Positions 1 through 10,129 of a stretch of 64,000 nt of DNA are shown here, in pieces (the first letter of the stretch is position 1; each line of letters opens with the position of its first letter). The stretch is from an uncultured Acidobacteriota bacterium (lineage in GTDB: Bacteria > Acidobacteriota > Vicinamibacteria > Vicinamibacterales > 2-12-FULL-66-21): contig CAWJNJ010000010.1 of the NCBI GenBank assembly GCA_963844245.1, positions 260,209-324,208 of the forward strand, read 5' to 3'. The notes beneath the pieces were generated by a model. That model saw nothing but the letters and a program-made list of their open reading frames with translations. It ran no database searches and was not told the DNA's origin. The translations under genes were made by a program, and so were the position numbers.

Positions 1-1990
1 GCAGTTGTACCACTCGTTCGAAGGCCGGGATCGCTTGCTCGAATCTCCCGGCACTGAGATATGCGAAACCGAGCTGGCTGTGGTTCCGCCAGTAACTGGG
101 CCGCCGCTCCACCGCTCGAGACGCTGCGTCGATCGCCGGGTCCCACGCCGATTCCGCAATGTAGACGTCCGACAGCACGCGATAGGGATCATCGTTGTCG
201 GGCTGAAGCTCCATTACCTTTTTCAGCTCCTCGACTGCATCTTCGTGCCGTCCTTGACCGCTGTACATCACCGCCAGCGACATGCGCACCTCGGCCTGGT
301 CCGGATCGATTCTCAAGGCATCGAGGTTCGCAGCGACGGCCTTCGGCGGCCACTGGACGTCTTTCGTTTCACGATATTGCGTCCAATACGCTTCTGCCAG
401 GCCCGCATGAGCAAGAACGAAGCGACTGTCTTTCGAGATCGCGCTCTGAAAAAGCCGAATGGCGTGGTTGAGGTTGTCTGGCACGTCCGGTCGCTCGAGA
501 AACGCACGTGCCTGGGAATACTCGGCGAAGGCTTCTGGATTCTCAGTTGACGCGGTTTTGGACGTGGGACTGGTCACGCCTCCTGCATCCGCACTGACGG
601 CGGCCACCAAATCATCGGCGATGAGTGTGTACAACTTGACCAAATCACCGGTATGCGGGTAGCGGCCTATCGCCCTTGGATTCCCACTCGGTGGAACCAG
701 GGATGCGACGACTTCCAGGGTTTCACCCGTCCGAACGAGCGCACCATCAACGACCACCGTTGCGCCAAGGCTTCGTGCCACACCAGCGGGTTCGGGATGA
801 TCGCGACGTGCCAACTGGGTTTCCTGGAGAGGAATGACCCGAACCGACGAGATCTTTGCGAGTCGGGTCGCGACGGCATCCCTCAGCCCCGCGACAATCG
901 GATCATTTGCGGCGCTACCGGAGTCGTTACGGAATGGCAGCACCCCGATGAACATCGTCGGCACCGCCGTCCCGCGTTTCCACGGCGCGTAACGAACCGC
1001 CATTGCGGCGGCAGTGAGTGCGATCAACACTAACGCGGCCAGCGCGGCTGTTCGGTGTAGACGAAATGGACGAAGCCCGGCACCCCTGGAGCCATTTGAG
1101 CTGTATCCGGCCAGATGGGATCCCGACCGGTGGCTATCGGGTATGAACACACCCAACGCAACCCGTAACTCGTCGGCCGATCGGAAGCGATCGTCAGGAT
1201 GTTTGGCCATCAACCGGCGGCATAGCTCGTCGTGCTGTTCTGTCAGCTCGGGACGGAGACTGGATACCGGGGGCGGATCCTCGTGCAGGATCTGGCTGGC
1301 GATCTCGAGCGACGATGGGCCGTTGAACGGCCTGCGCCCGGTCAGGCACTCGTAAAGAACAGCGCCTAGTGAGAACAGGTCGGTCCGCCCATCGAGCGGG
1401 CGCTGCGCAACTTGCTCAGGCGACATGTAGGGGAGCGTGCCCACCAGCACGCCAGGCGTCGTGAGGCTCGTTGCCGTTGTGTCGGTTATCGCCGCGTCGC
1501 CGGGGTGCTGATGCACCGCCAGGCCGAAGTCGAGCAGCTTGGCGCCGTAATCCGCACTCAGCATGATGTTCTGCGGCTTCACATCACGATGAATGAGATC
1601 CTGCTTGTGCGCCGCGGCGAGCGCCGACGCGACATCGGCCGTGATCGTGAGCGCCTGCCGAACGTCCATCGGCCCGGCCGCCAGTTTCTCGGCCAGCGTT
1701 TGTCCCGGCGTGTACTGCATGACGATGCAGGCGCGGCCATCGGGTTCGACGATGACTTCATAGACGCCGCAGATATTGGGGTGGTCGAGGGCCGCCGCGG
1801 CACGGGCTTCGCGGACCAATCTGCGCCGCGCTGAATCGTCGCCCGCCTTGTCGGGGGTAATGAACTTGATCGCGACGAGCCGGTCCAGGGCCAGGTCTCG
1901 CGCTAGGTATACGGATCCCATCCCGCCGGAGCCGAGAAGCCGGTCCAGGCGGTAATTCGAGAGACGCGTCGCCGGGGAGGCTGCATCCAT
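1..1990 (-). CDS. Ser/Thr protein kinase with a TM segment and a TPR-like C-terminal region (3' end runs off the window)
   Basis: Absent from the ORF track because the reverse frame (codon first bases 1990, 1987, ...) stays open to position 1. Translation starts MDAASPATRLSNYRLDRLLGSGGMGSVYLARD. It contains VAIK, LIHRDVKPQNIML, DFGLA and TLPYMSPEQ, then a TM stretch (TAALAALVLIALTAAAMAV) and helical repeats (LAHAGLAEAYWTQY). I checked the frame by hand at 400-550 and 1560-1990. Confidence 0.9.
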   Translation of the reverse strand, partial: MDAASPATRLSNYRLDRLLGSGGMGSVYLARDLALDRLVAIKFITPDKAGDDSARRRLVREARAAAALDHPNICGVYEVIVEPDGRACIVMQYTPGQTLAEKLAAGPMDVRQALTITADVASALAAAHKQDLIHRDVKPQNIMLSADYGAKLLDFGLAVHQHPGDAAITDTTATSLTTPGVLVGTLPYMSPEQVAQRPLDGRTDLFSLGAVLYECLTGRRPFNGPSSLEIASQILHEDPPPVSSLRPELTEQHDELCRRLMAKHPDDRFRSADELRVALGVFIPDSHRSGSHLAGYSSNGSRGAGLRPFRLHRTAALAALVLIALTAAAMAVRYAPWKRGTAVPTMFIGVLPFRNDSGSAANDPIVAGLRDAVATRLAKISSVRVIPLQETQLARRDHPEPAGVARSLGATVVVDGALVRTGETLEVVASLVPPSGNPRAIGRYPHTGDLVKLYTLIADDLVAAVSADAGGVTSPTSKTASTENPEAFAEYSQARAFLERPDVPDNLNHAIRLFQSAISKDSRFVLAHAGLAEAYWTQYRETKDVQWPPKAVAANLDALRIDPDQAEVRMSLAVMYSGQGRHEDAVEELKKVMELQPDNDDPYRVLSDVYIAESAWDPAIDAASRAVERRPSYWRNHSQLGFAYLSAGRFEQAIPAFERVVQL

Positions 1991-2127
1991 TCCGTTATAA
2001 AGCGGACGAATCTGCCGTCTGACAGCTGAAGAGCCCCGAAGATAGCACATCCGCTGGATCCGGATAGTGGCGGCAAACAGGGGCGAGATCGGCGTTTGGG
2101 GCCGCTGAGGTGGGCCGACGGGGCGGG

Positions 2128-2155
2128 CGCGGAGAGCGATCAGTCGCCCTCCGCG
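2128..2155 (-). terminator. Hairpin just 3' of the repeat-protein gene
   Basis: cgcggagagcga / tcag loop / tcgccctccgcg gives a 12-bp stem with one mismatch, 13 nt beyond the stop at 2169. There is no clear U-tract. Confidence 0.45.
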
Positions 2156-2168
2156 CGAGGGTGTGTAA

Positions 2169-3571
2169 CTACTTCTTCTCGATCGCGAGCCGCAGTGCGG
2201 CCCAGTGGGTGCGCAACTGTTCAACCTGTGCCTTTGTGAGCGTGAGCCCGCCGCTGTCGTCCTGCATCTTGAGCAGCGCCTCAATGGCGGCCACGTGCTT
2301 CATCACATCAGCATTCCCGGCCGCAGCACCCTGGGGCGCCGTGCCGCTCGTGCCGGTTGTCGGTGGCTGCGTCGCCGGTGGCTGCGTGGCGGGTGGCTGC
2401 GTGGTGGGCGGAGTCGTCGCCTGCGGGTCCGCTGCACTGGTCGCGGCGGGCGTCGGCGAAGCCGTGCCGCCGCTGGCCGCTTTCTCGAACGCGGTCAGGT
2501 TGCGGCGCAGATCGACGAGTTTTTCACGGACCGCCGGATCGATCGTTGCCGCCGCTGATCCGGACGTGCCGACGGCACCCGGCGTGCCGGACGCGTTGGT
2601 TGGATCGCTGGCCACCGGATCCGGGCCGATCAGCGCGGTCAGGTTCGCGTTGACCTTCGCATAGGAATCGCGCCACTGGCTCTGCGTGGTGATCAGCTCG
2701 TTGAAGTTGGAGATCAGCTGTGCCACCTGCGAGCGCGATTCGCCGCTCAACTGCGCGGCCGCCGGAAGCTGTGTCAGTGCGCTGAGGGTGTTCCGCGCCG
2801 CGGACAGATGCTGCCGGGCTGCTTCCGGATCCCCCTGCGGCTGTGCCGCCGGCGCCGGCTCAGTCTGGGCCGCGGACGGCTGGGCGCGGACGGCTGCGTC
2901 GCCGCGGACGGCGCTGCCTGTGACTGGCTCGTAGCGGGCGTCACGACCGGGTCGGAGGCTGCCGTCGATGGTGTCGGTGATGCCGACGAAGACGGAGCGT
3001 CCGCCTCGGTCTTACCACCCGCCATCGCGGTGGCGAAGGCGGTGAGATGCTTGCGCACTTCGATCAGGCTCGCGCGCGCTTCGGCGTCGAGCGAGACGGC
3101 TGCTGCAGCCTTGTTGGTTGGTGCCGGCGTCGTGCCGGCCGTGCCGGTTGGCGCGGCGGTCGCGCTGTCGGGTCCGAGCAATCCGCTCAAGGCCTTGTCG
3201 ATAGCGGCGACTTCGGTCCCCCAGTTAGCGGCGGTCTTCGCGGTCGCACTGCGGTTTGCCTCTGCGGTCGCGCTTGCCTTATCGGTGGCACTCGTTGTTC
3301 GTTCGAGCGACGCGACTCGGCGCTTGATTTCGGCCACATCGTTCTTGGCGCGCGCCGGCAGTGCGGCGGTCTTGATCTCATCCAGCGCAGCGCTGGCCTT
3401 GCGCAGGTGCTCCTGCGCCGCGGCCTGCGTGTCGGCTGCAGCACTCGGCTGCGCAGCACTGCTGGTTGGCTGTGACGTCTGTGGCGGCGTCTGCGCAACA
3501 CCACTTGCGGGTGCGGTCAGCAGGACGGCTGAGGCCAGCGCCATCGTCCATGTCTTGGTAAAACGTTTCAT
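2169..3571 (-). pseudogene. Secreted Ala/Pro/Thr-rich protein made of two homologous modules, split by a 1-nt frameshift near 2884 (ORFs 2774-3571 and 2169-2750)
   Basis: N-terminal signal peptide (MKRFTKTWTMALASAVLLTAPASGVAQ). Module 1 motifs are repeated in the downstream ORF: AAQEHLRKASAALDEI vs EAARQHLSAARNTLSAL, ANWGTEVAAIDKALSGLLGPD vs SQWRDSYAKVNANLTALIGPD, and LIEVRKHLTAFATAMAGG vs LVDLRRNLTAFEKAASGG. The tail of the upstream ORF (PRPRLSRRRRHSRRG) is not protein-like. Shifting one base at a cagccgtccgcg repeat restores ...QPSAAQPSAAQTEPAPAAQPQGDPEAARQHL... in the frame of the downstream ORF. Confidence 0.6.
2361..2405 (-). repeat. 15-nt tandem repeat x3 inside the coding region (encodes PPATQ repeats)
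   Basis: Units are cggtggctgcgtcgc / cggtggctgcgtggc / gggtggctgcgtggt. On the reverse strand they encode TQPPATQPPATQPPT. Confidence 0.8.
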
Positions 3572-3674
3572 TGTTCTTGCTCCTCCTGAGCAGTTCGTGT
3601 CATCAATTCAGTCGACACACTAAGGAGCAAGCGAGGTGCCACGGCCGCGAGCGCGACCGTATATGGCTCAGCGG

Positions 3675-4328
3675 TTAAGCGGACTTCCCGCCCTTCCATT
3701 GACGCAGCAGTTCAATGACCATCGGGAGCACCGATACACCGATGATGCCGATGACGACGAGCTCGAAGTTGTTCTTGACGACGTCAATGTTGCCGAACAT
3801 GTAGCCGGCGCCGACGCAGACGAGGACCCACAGCGCCCCGCCGATGACGTTGTAGGCGGCAAACGTTCCGTAGGTCATCGACGCCGCCCCGGCGACGAAC
3901 GGAATGAAGGTGCGGACGATCGGTACGAACCGCGCCATCACGACCGCTTTGCCACCGTGCTTCTCGAAGAACTCGTGGGTCCGCTCGAGATGCTTCGGAT
4001 TGAGGAACTTCTCCATCCAACCGCTGCGTCCTTCAGGACGAAAGACCCGCGGACCAATGCGGCGCCCGACGCTGTAGTTCACGGCATCGCCGAGCACGGA
4101 TGCGGCAAACAGCAGGATCATGACCAGCCACACATCGAGCCCGCCGGTAGCCGCAAGCGCGCCGGCGGCGAAGAGCAGTGAGTCGCCAGGCAGGAACGGC
4201 ATCACCACCAGTCCGGTCTCGGCGAAGATGATCGCGAACAGGAGCCCGTAGACGACTTTGCCGTGGGTGGCGACGAACGTCGCAAGGTGTTCGTCGACGT
4301 GGAGGAATATATCGATGATTTCGCGCAT
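3675..4328 (-). CDS. DedA-family inner membrane protein
   Basis: 217 aa. Has the typical DedA/SNARE-associated pattern (FAETGLVVMPFLPGDSLLFAAGALA ... GKAVVMARFVPIVRTFIPFVAG) and several TM segments. Confidence 0.9.
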   Translation of the reverse strand: MREIIDIFLHVDEHLATFVATHGKVVYGLLFAIIFAETGLVVMPFLPGDSLLFAAGALAATGGLDVWLVMILLFAASVLGDAVNYSVGRRIGPRVFRPEGRSGWMEKFLNPKHLERTHEFFEKHGGKAVVMARFVPIVRTFIPFVAGAASMTYGTFAAYNVIGGALWVLVCVGAGYMFGNIDVVKNNFELVVIGIIGVSVLPMVIELLRQWKGGKSA

Positions 4329-4382
4329 GCAGTAACCGCGAAGTGTACTCCGCGGTCGAGCCGTGCGGCAACCTACCGGTCA

Positions 4383-5838
4383 CTACTGCAGGACGAACGG
4401 CGGTCGCCGCGCCTGTGCTACGCAGCTGTCGTCGACCGCCGCGGCCGATCCCGCAGCAATGAAAGCAGTCGTCATCCGCGCGAGGCACTCGTCGATGCCG
4501 AGCCCGCCGAATGCGTGTGCGCCGTGCGGTACCACCACCAGGCGGCCATCGGGCAGCAACGCCGCGGCGCGGCGGGCTGACTCGAGCGGCGTTGCCGGAT
4601 CGTACGCACCGGCGTGAATCATGGCGGGAACACGCAGCGGCGCCGGCCGGTTGTTCCGCGCTGTGCCGCGCGGCCACGCAGAGCAAGCGGCGATCTGCTG
4701 GCGCGCCCGGTAGTCCCCAAGCTTGGTGTTCTGGGATGCTGCCGCGATGGCGGCGTCGTCGAGGAAGGGGATGTCTTCGGCGCACGTGACCGACAAGTAC
4801 ATTCCCATGTTGAGGGTCCGATTCAGTCCCCGGCGGTAGTTCGCCGACGCTCGTGCGATCGGCGTGTAGTCGCCGGCGGCGGCTTGCGTGAGGAGCAGTG
4901 GCACTCGTCGCGCATCCGTTGCCGAGTAGAGCAGGTAGCGCACCGCCTCGGCGAGCTCGCCGCGCGAGAACGTCGATTCGGTCTGGCCGTCGAGCGTGAT
5001 CCGGGCGGGCGCATCGCGAACACCCTCGAATGCGGCTTCAACGTCCGCAGTGAGACGAGGAAAGCGGGCCGCGCACGGCGGGTCGGCGAGACAGTCAGCG
5101 ACGAGGCCGGTCAACGCCGTCTCGAGTCCCTTCGCGAACGGCAGCGGAATCAGGAAGCCCGGTGGTACCGGGCCGTGCAGCACGAGTGTGCGCGCCCGCT
5201 CCGGGAAGGTGGCCGCATAGGACCACGCCAACCGTGTCCCGTAGGACGATCCGTGCAAATTGATGCGCTCGTAGCCAAGTGCGCGACGCACGGCTTCGAG
5301 ATCGGCAACCGCGCTTGAGGTCGTGTAGGCCTTCAGGTCGGCAGACGGTTCGAGCGCCTTCCGGCAGAGCGCGGCATCCTCAGCCGAAAACATCGGTGGC
5401 AGTCCTGGCGCCGCCGCCACGGCGCAGGCGAGCGGATTGGACTGGCCGGTGCCACGCTGATCCATGAAAACGAAATCATGCGTCGGCGCGAGCGCCGCGT
5501 GCTCGCGGGTGAGGCCGCGCGCGCTGGCTGTTGCGCCGCTGCCGGGGCCCCCGGTCATGAAGAAGACCGCCTCGCGGCCAGCCGCCTCGCGGCCAATGGG
5601 CTGCGTGGCGCGGACCACCACCAGTCGAAGTGAGATGGTCCGGCCGGCGTGATCCCGGCTCTCAGGGTACTCCGAGGGTGCCGCATTCGGTCTGCCGATC
5701 GATGCCCGGCACGCTGCATGGTGCGAGGCTCAACGACGGAGCCGCAGCTCCGCGCTCGTCCTGCACCAGGCATGCGCCCAGCAGAAGAGTGCCGATCGTC
5801 GCCAGACCGAGACCTGCTCGCACCCGCCGATTGTGCAC
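4383..5838 (-). pseudogene. Alpha/beta-hydrolase lipoprotein (S33 TAP/prolyl-aminopeptidase-like), N-terminus displaced by a frameshift in a G3 run at 5665-5667
   Basis: The main ORF 4383-5621 has GGPGSGATA, DQRGTGQSNPL and HGSSYGT (nucleophile elbow). Upstream, in another frame from GTG 5838, sits a lipobox signal VHNRRVRAGLGLATIGTLLLGAC...ECGTLGVP followed by a stop. Removing one C (reverse strand) joins it as ECGTLGVPESRDHAGRTISLRLVVVRA, the usual N-terminal motif of this family. Confidence 0.75.
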
Positions 5839-5853
5839 CGGATCGAGCGTGCC

Positions 5854-7503
5854 TCAGCGAGGGTTGGGACCAGTGATGGTAAGAGCGTTAACGGTGGCGT
5901 GACCGCCAGTCGCCGCGGCCGCGGATGCCGACGCGAAGACGCCAAACTTGGCCCCGACCCAGCGGCCTGGCTTGGCTTGGAACGGCTGGCCGATGGGCTC
6001 TACGACACCCCCGCTGTTTCGTACGCTGAAGCGGCACATACCTCCGTCCAGGACTTCAACGTGCAACTCCACGCGTGTGCCCTGCAGCGGACGGGACTCC
6101 GCCTCGAGTTCGGCTGCGGCGCCTGCCGCATCCGTCACCTTGCGCTGAACGATCTCGGTGAACTCACCACGCCTTTGCACGCCGACCCACGCGTAGTCGG
6201 CGCCAAACACGATCAGGCCGGCGCGCTCGCCATCGCGCAGGCCGGAAATGTCCAGGGTCGCCGAGACAGTGAAGGCAGGCGCGGGGAACTTCTGGAGAAG
6301 CAGGTTGGGCGCGTTCCAGAGATTGGATGGATTGTGCACCGCGCTGAGGGTCGCCCCGCCGCTGCGCGGGAAGCTGATCCAGCTCTCTCGAGGATTCGCC
6401 TGCCACTGCCACTGGAGCCCGAGTCGTCCCGCGGCAAAATTATCCGACGTGGGGGGGACGGAGATCCTCGAGGCTGGCAGCGCCGGCTTCCGCGACGTCC
6501 GGCGCGGCTCTCCGGTGCCATCGCCGTCCACGTCGTCGCCGATGACCGGCCAGTCGTCGCGCCAGGCGACCGGCTGCAGATGGACGACGCGCCCGTAGGC
6601 TTCGGCGTCCTGGAAGTGAAGGAACCACCACTCGCCGGCGGTCGTGTCGACGAGTGCTCCCTGGTGCGGTCCGTTGATGTCAGTCGACCCCTGCGCGAGG
6701 ACGATCCGTTCTTCATAGGGCCCATCGATCTGACGGGAGCGAAAGACCGATTGCCATCCCTGCTTCACACCGCCCGCGGGTGCGAACACGTAGTACCAAC
6801 CGTTGCGCTTGTACAGTTTGGGACCCTCGAGCGTCGTGTAGGCAGGTCGCTTTGCCGTCGCGACCAGCGCATTGCCGTCGATGACAATGCGCCCCGCATC
6901 CGCGACGCGCGAGCCGTCGGCGGACAGGCGATTGAGGTGCAGCACATTGGCGAACCCGGCGCGACTCCGCGCGAACGCGTGGATCAAGTAGACGCTGCCA
7001 TCCTCGTCCCACAATGGGCAGGGATCGATCAGACCCTTGCCAGCTTTTACCAGCACCGGCTTCGACCAGGTACCGCGTGGATCGGTGGCGGTCGTCAGGT
7101 AGATGCCGTGATCGGGATCCGGGTAGTAGATCCAATACTTGCCGGCGTGATGTCGAATCGCGGGCGCCCAGACGCCGGCGCCGTGTTTGGGGGCTGCGAA
7201 CGCATCCTCGGGCACGAGGCGCGGCAGCGCGTGATTCACCAGGGTCCAGTTCACGAGATCGCGCGAGTGCAGAATCGGCAAGCCGGGCACCGCGCTGAAA
7301 CTCGACGAGACCATGTAGTAGTCCGAGCCCACCCGGACGGCATCAGGATCGGAATAGTCCGCGTAGAGGACGGGGTTCCGGAAGGTGCCGTTACCGGCGT
7401 CGGGTATCCACGGTGCGACGGCCGACTGCGCGATCAGCGTCACACTGATGGCACCGGCGGCGGCCCAAGTGGTCAACTCACCCAGTAGTTTTCCGGTTGC
7501 CAT
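5854..7503 (-). CDS. Glycoside hydrolase family 43 (beta-xylosidase/alpha-L-arabinofuranosidase type) with a C-terminal beta-sandwich domain
   Basis: 549 aa. Motifs NPVLYADYSDPDAVRVGSDYYMVSSSF, VWAPAIRHHAGKYWIYY and TLEGPKLYKRNGWYYVF are characteristic GH43 five-bladed propeller motifs. An N-terminal signal-like segment is present. Confidence 0.9.
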   Translation of the reverse strand: MATGKLLGELTTWAAAGAISVTLIAQSAVAPWIPDAGNGTFRNPVLYADYSDPDAVRVGSDYYMVSSSFSAVPGLPILHSRDLVNWTLVNHALPRLVPEDAFAAPKHGAGVWAPAIRHHAGKYWIYYPDPDHGIYLTTATDPRGTWSKPVLVKAGKGLIDPCPLWDEDGSVYLIHAFARSRAGFANVLHLNRLSADGSRVADAGRIVIDGNALVATAKRPAYTTLEGPKLYKRNGWYYVFAPAGGVKQGWQSVFRSRQIDGPYEERIVLAQGSTDINGPHQGALVDTTAGEWWFLHFQDAEAYGRVVHLQPVAWRDDWPVIGDDVDGDGTGEPRRTSRKPALPASRISVPPTSDNFAAGRLGLQWQWQANPRESWISFPRSGGATLSAVHNPSNLWNAPNLLLQKFPAPAFTVSATLDISGLRDGERAGLIVFGADYAWVGVQRRGEFTEIVQRKVTDAAGAAAELEAESRPLQGTRVELHVEVLDGGMCRFSVRNSGGVVEPIGQPFQAKPGRWVGAKFGVFASASAAAATGGHATVNALTITGPNPR

Positions 7504-7533
7504 GGCGGCGCAGACTATCAGAAACTCACACCG

Positions 7534-9165
7534 ATGTCGCTAATTGGTAAGACCACATTCGTGCTTCTGCTAGCCGGCCTGGCCGCGCACGTAACGACGG
7601 CGGCATCGATCCTCCAGGCCCCAGCGCCCGCGCCACGAATCAAGATTGTGCTGGTCGGCGATTCCACGGTCACGGACCGCGCCGGATGGGGCCACGGGTT
7701 CAAGCTGTTTCTCGGCGACCAGATCGACTGTGTGAACGTCGCGGTCGGCGGCCGCAGCTCCAAGAGCTTTATCGATGAGGGCAAGTGGGCGGACGCACTG
7801 GCGCTGAAGGGTAACTACTACCTCATTCAATTCGGTCACAACGACCAGCCCGGCAAGGGACCGGCGCGCGAGACCGATCCGCGTACCACGTACCGCAGCT
7901 ACATGTCCCGCTACGTTGATGATGTCCGTGCGATTGGCGCCATCCCAGTGCTCGTCACCTCGCTGACGAGACGAAGTTTCGAGGGGAAGCGCATCAACTC
8001 GACGCTGACGCCGTATGTCGAGGCGGTGAAAGCCCTGGCGGCTGAGAAGCGCGTCGCGGTGGTCGATCTTCACGCACTGAGCATTGAGCAGGCGGAAACG
8101 ATGGGCGAGTTGGCGTGGGCCGCTTTCAGCCCGAGGGATACCGCCGGCGCGGTCGATCGCACCCACTTGAATGCGAAAGGCAGCATCCTGATCGCACCAC
8201 TCGTCGTCTCCGAGCTGCGTCGGGCCGTGCCCGCACTCGCTGCGCATTTTCTCGATCAACCGATGTCCGGGGTCGCGGCGGCGCGACGAAATGCCAATGC
8301 GATCGTGGCCGCGGACGGCAGCGGCGAGTACCGGACCGTGCAGGAGGCGATCAACGCCGCACCTCAGACGACGAGCGTGGACCGCCCGTGGGTCATCTTT
8401 ATCAAGGCGGGGACCTACAAAGAGATCGTGTACGTGCAGAGAGAGAAGCGTTTCGTCACGCTGGTCGGAGAGGACCCTGCGACCACGACGATTACGTACG
8501 GGCTGCACGCGAACATGATCGGGGCTGACGGTAAACCGATCGGCACATTCCGGACGCCGACCGTGCAGATCGACGCGGACGACTTCTCGGCGGAGAATCT
8601 CACCTTCGAGAATTCCGCCGGTCCGGTCGGTCAGGCACTTGCCGTGCGTGTCGACGGCGACCGCGTCGTTTTCAGGAACGCGCGCTTCCTCGGCTGGCAG
8701 GACACGATCTTCGTCAACCGGGGGCGCCACTACTTCGGCGACTCGCTGATCGCCGGGCACGTCGATTTCATCTTCGGGGGTGCGACCGCCTACTTTGATC
8801 GCTGCAGCATCCACGTGCTCCGGGACGGTTACATCACCGCGGCGTCCACACCACCGGAGCAGAAGTACGGGCTCGTCTTCGCGAACAGCCGGATCACGGG
8901 TGCGCCGGGTGCACGGACATATCTGGGCCGGCCTTGGCGCGACTACGCGCAGGTGACGTTTGTCGCGACCCGAATGTCCGACGTGGTCCGGCCCGAGGGC
9001 TGGCACAACTGGGACCGGCCCGCCCGAGAGGGAACCAGCCGCTACATTGAAGTGGGATCCACCGGCCCCGGCGCGGCGGCCGCGCAGCGAGTCGCCTGGG
9101 CGAAGCGGGTGATGCCCGAAGGCGACCAGGAGCCGTCCGCCGTGACAGGTACTGCGGGGCACTGA
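7534..9165 (+). CDS. Fusion protein: SGNH/GDSL rhamnogalacturonan acetylesterase-like (CE12) N-domain plus pectin methylesterase (CE8) C-domain
   Basis: The N-terminal half has IVLVGDSTVTDRAGWGHG and LIQFGHNDQ (SGNH blocks). The C-terminal half has GSGEYRTVQEAINAAP, QALAVRVDGDRVVF, GWQDTIF, DFIFGG and YLGRPW (pectinesterase signatures). A signal peptide is present. Confidence 0.9.
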   Translation: MSLIGKTTFVLLLAGLAAHVTTAASILQAPAPAPRIKIVLVGDSTVTDRAGWGHGFKLFLGDQIDCVNVAVGGRSSKSFIDEGKWADALALKGNYYLIQFGHNDQPGKGPARETDPRTTYRSYMSRYVDDVRAIGAIPVLVTSLTRRSFEGKRINSTLTPYVEAVKALAAEKRVAVVDLHALSIEQAETMGELAWAAFSPRDTAGAVDRTHLNAKGSILIAPLVVSELRRAVPALAAHFLDQPMSGVAAARRNANAIVAADGSGEYRTVQEAINAAPQTTSVDRPWVIFIKAGTYKEIVYVQREKRFVTLVGEDPATTTITYGLHANMIGADGKPIGTFRTPTVQIDADDFSAENLTFENSAGPVGQALAVRVDGDRVVFRNARFLGWQDTIFVNRGRHYFGDSLIAGHVDFIFGGATAYFDRCSIHVLRDGYITAASTPPEQKYGLVFANSRITGAPGARTYLGRPWRDYAQVTFVATRMSDVVRPEGWHNWDRPAREGTSRYIEVGSTGPGAAAAQRVAWAKRVMPEGDQEPSAVTGTAGH

Positions 9166-9184
9166 CGGGTGGGACCCCGAACGT

Positions 9185-10115
9185 GTGCCCTCATATCCGT
9201 CGGCAACGAAGGCTATCGATCTCCCGATGCTGCCGCCAACGCCCGCCGGAGCCCCGGCTCCGTCGTCGCTAGTCCGCGTCATCCCTCTCTGGCCCGAAGG
9301 CGTTCCGAATGCCAAGGCGGGGGCGGGGGAGGAGCAAACCGTGGACGGGCGCGTCACGAACGTGCAGGTGCCGACCATGACGTTCTATCCGGCCGCCGCG
9401 CAGAGCGCCGCCGGCACCGCCATCATCGTTGCGCCCGGCGGTAGTTATCAGCGACTCGCGATCGACAAGGAGGGCAGCGCGCTGGCAGCGCTGTGGAACG
9501 AGTTCGGCGTGTCGGTGTTCGTGTTGAAGTACCGGCTTGTCGGAGTTCGGACATCCCGCGCCGCTCCAGGACGTCCTGCGTGCGATCAGACTGGTCCGTT
9601 CGCGCGCCTCGGAATTCGGCGTCCGCGAAGATCGCATCGGTGTCTTCGGGTCTTCGGCTGGAGGCCACCTCGCGGCCTCGGCCGGAACGCTGTACCCAGA
9701 TGCAGCGGGTAAGACCGGGGCTGCGCTGGACCGCATCTCGGCGCGGCCGGACTTCATGGCGCTGCTCTACCCGGTCGTGACCATGGACGGACCGTTCGTT
9801 CACGCCGGCTCGCGGCGCAATCTCCTCGGCACGGCGCCCGTACCGGCACTCGTCGAACTGATGTCAGTCGAGAAGCAGGTGACGAAGGACACGCCGCCCG
9901 CATTTCTCGTCCACACCGCGGAGGACGCGAGCGTGCCCGTCGAGAACAGCGTGATGCTCTATCAGGCACTCCGGCGCGCCGGTGTGCCGGTCGAGATGCA
10001 CCTCTACGAAAAGGGACCGCATGGCTTCGGCACAGCCGCCGGACTCGGGCCGACGTCGGAGTGGCCCAAGCGCTTCGAGGAGTGGCTTCGCGCGCGCGGC
10101 CTGCTGCAGAAGTAG
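9185..10115 (+). pseudogene. Alpha/beta-hydrolase esterase (acetyl-esterase/BD-FAE-like), frameshift near 9533-9545 (ORFs 9185-9712 and 9537-10115)
   Basis: ORF 1 gives ...IPLWPEGVPNA...AIIVAPGGSYQRLAIDKEG...VFVLKYRL. ORF 2 continues EFGHPAPLQDVLRAIRLVR...IGVFGSSAGGHLAA (GxSxG) ...FLVHTAEDASVP...HLYEKGPHGFG. The start is uncertain (GTG 9185 or ATG 9227). Confidence 0.75.
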
Positions 10116-10129
10116 GGTTGCGGGCGGGG

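Noticed and set aside
5833-7488. 551-aa plus-strand ORF
   Set aside because: It is antisense to the well-supported GH43 gene. Its composition is Arg/Gly/Ala-rich with no recognisable motifs. Long antisense ORFs like this are typical of G+C-rich DNA.
7570-9378. 602-aa minus-strand ORF
   Set aside because: It is antisense to the CE12-CE8 fusion gene. It is Arg-rich with no motifs.
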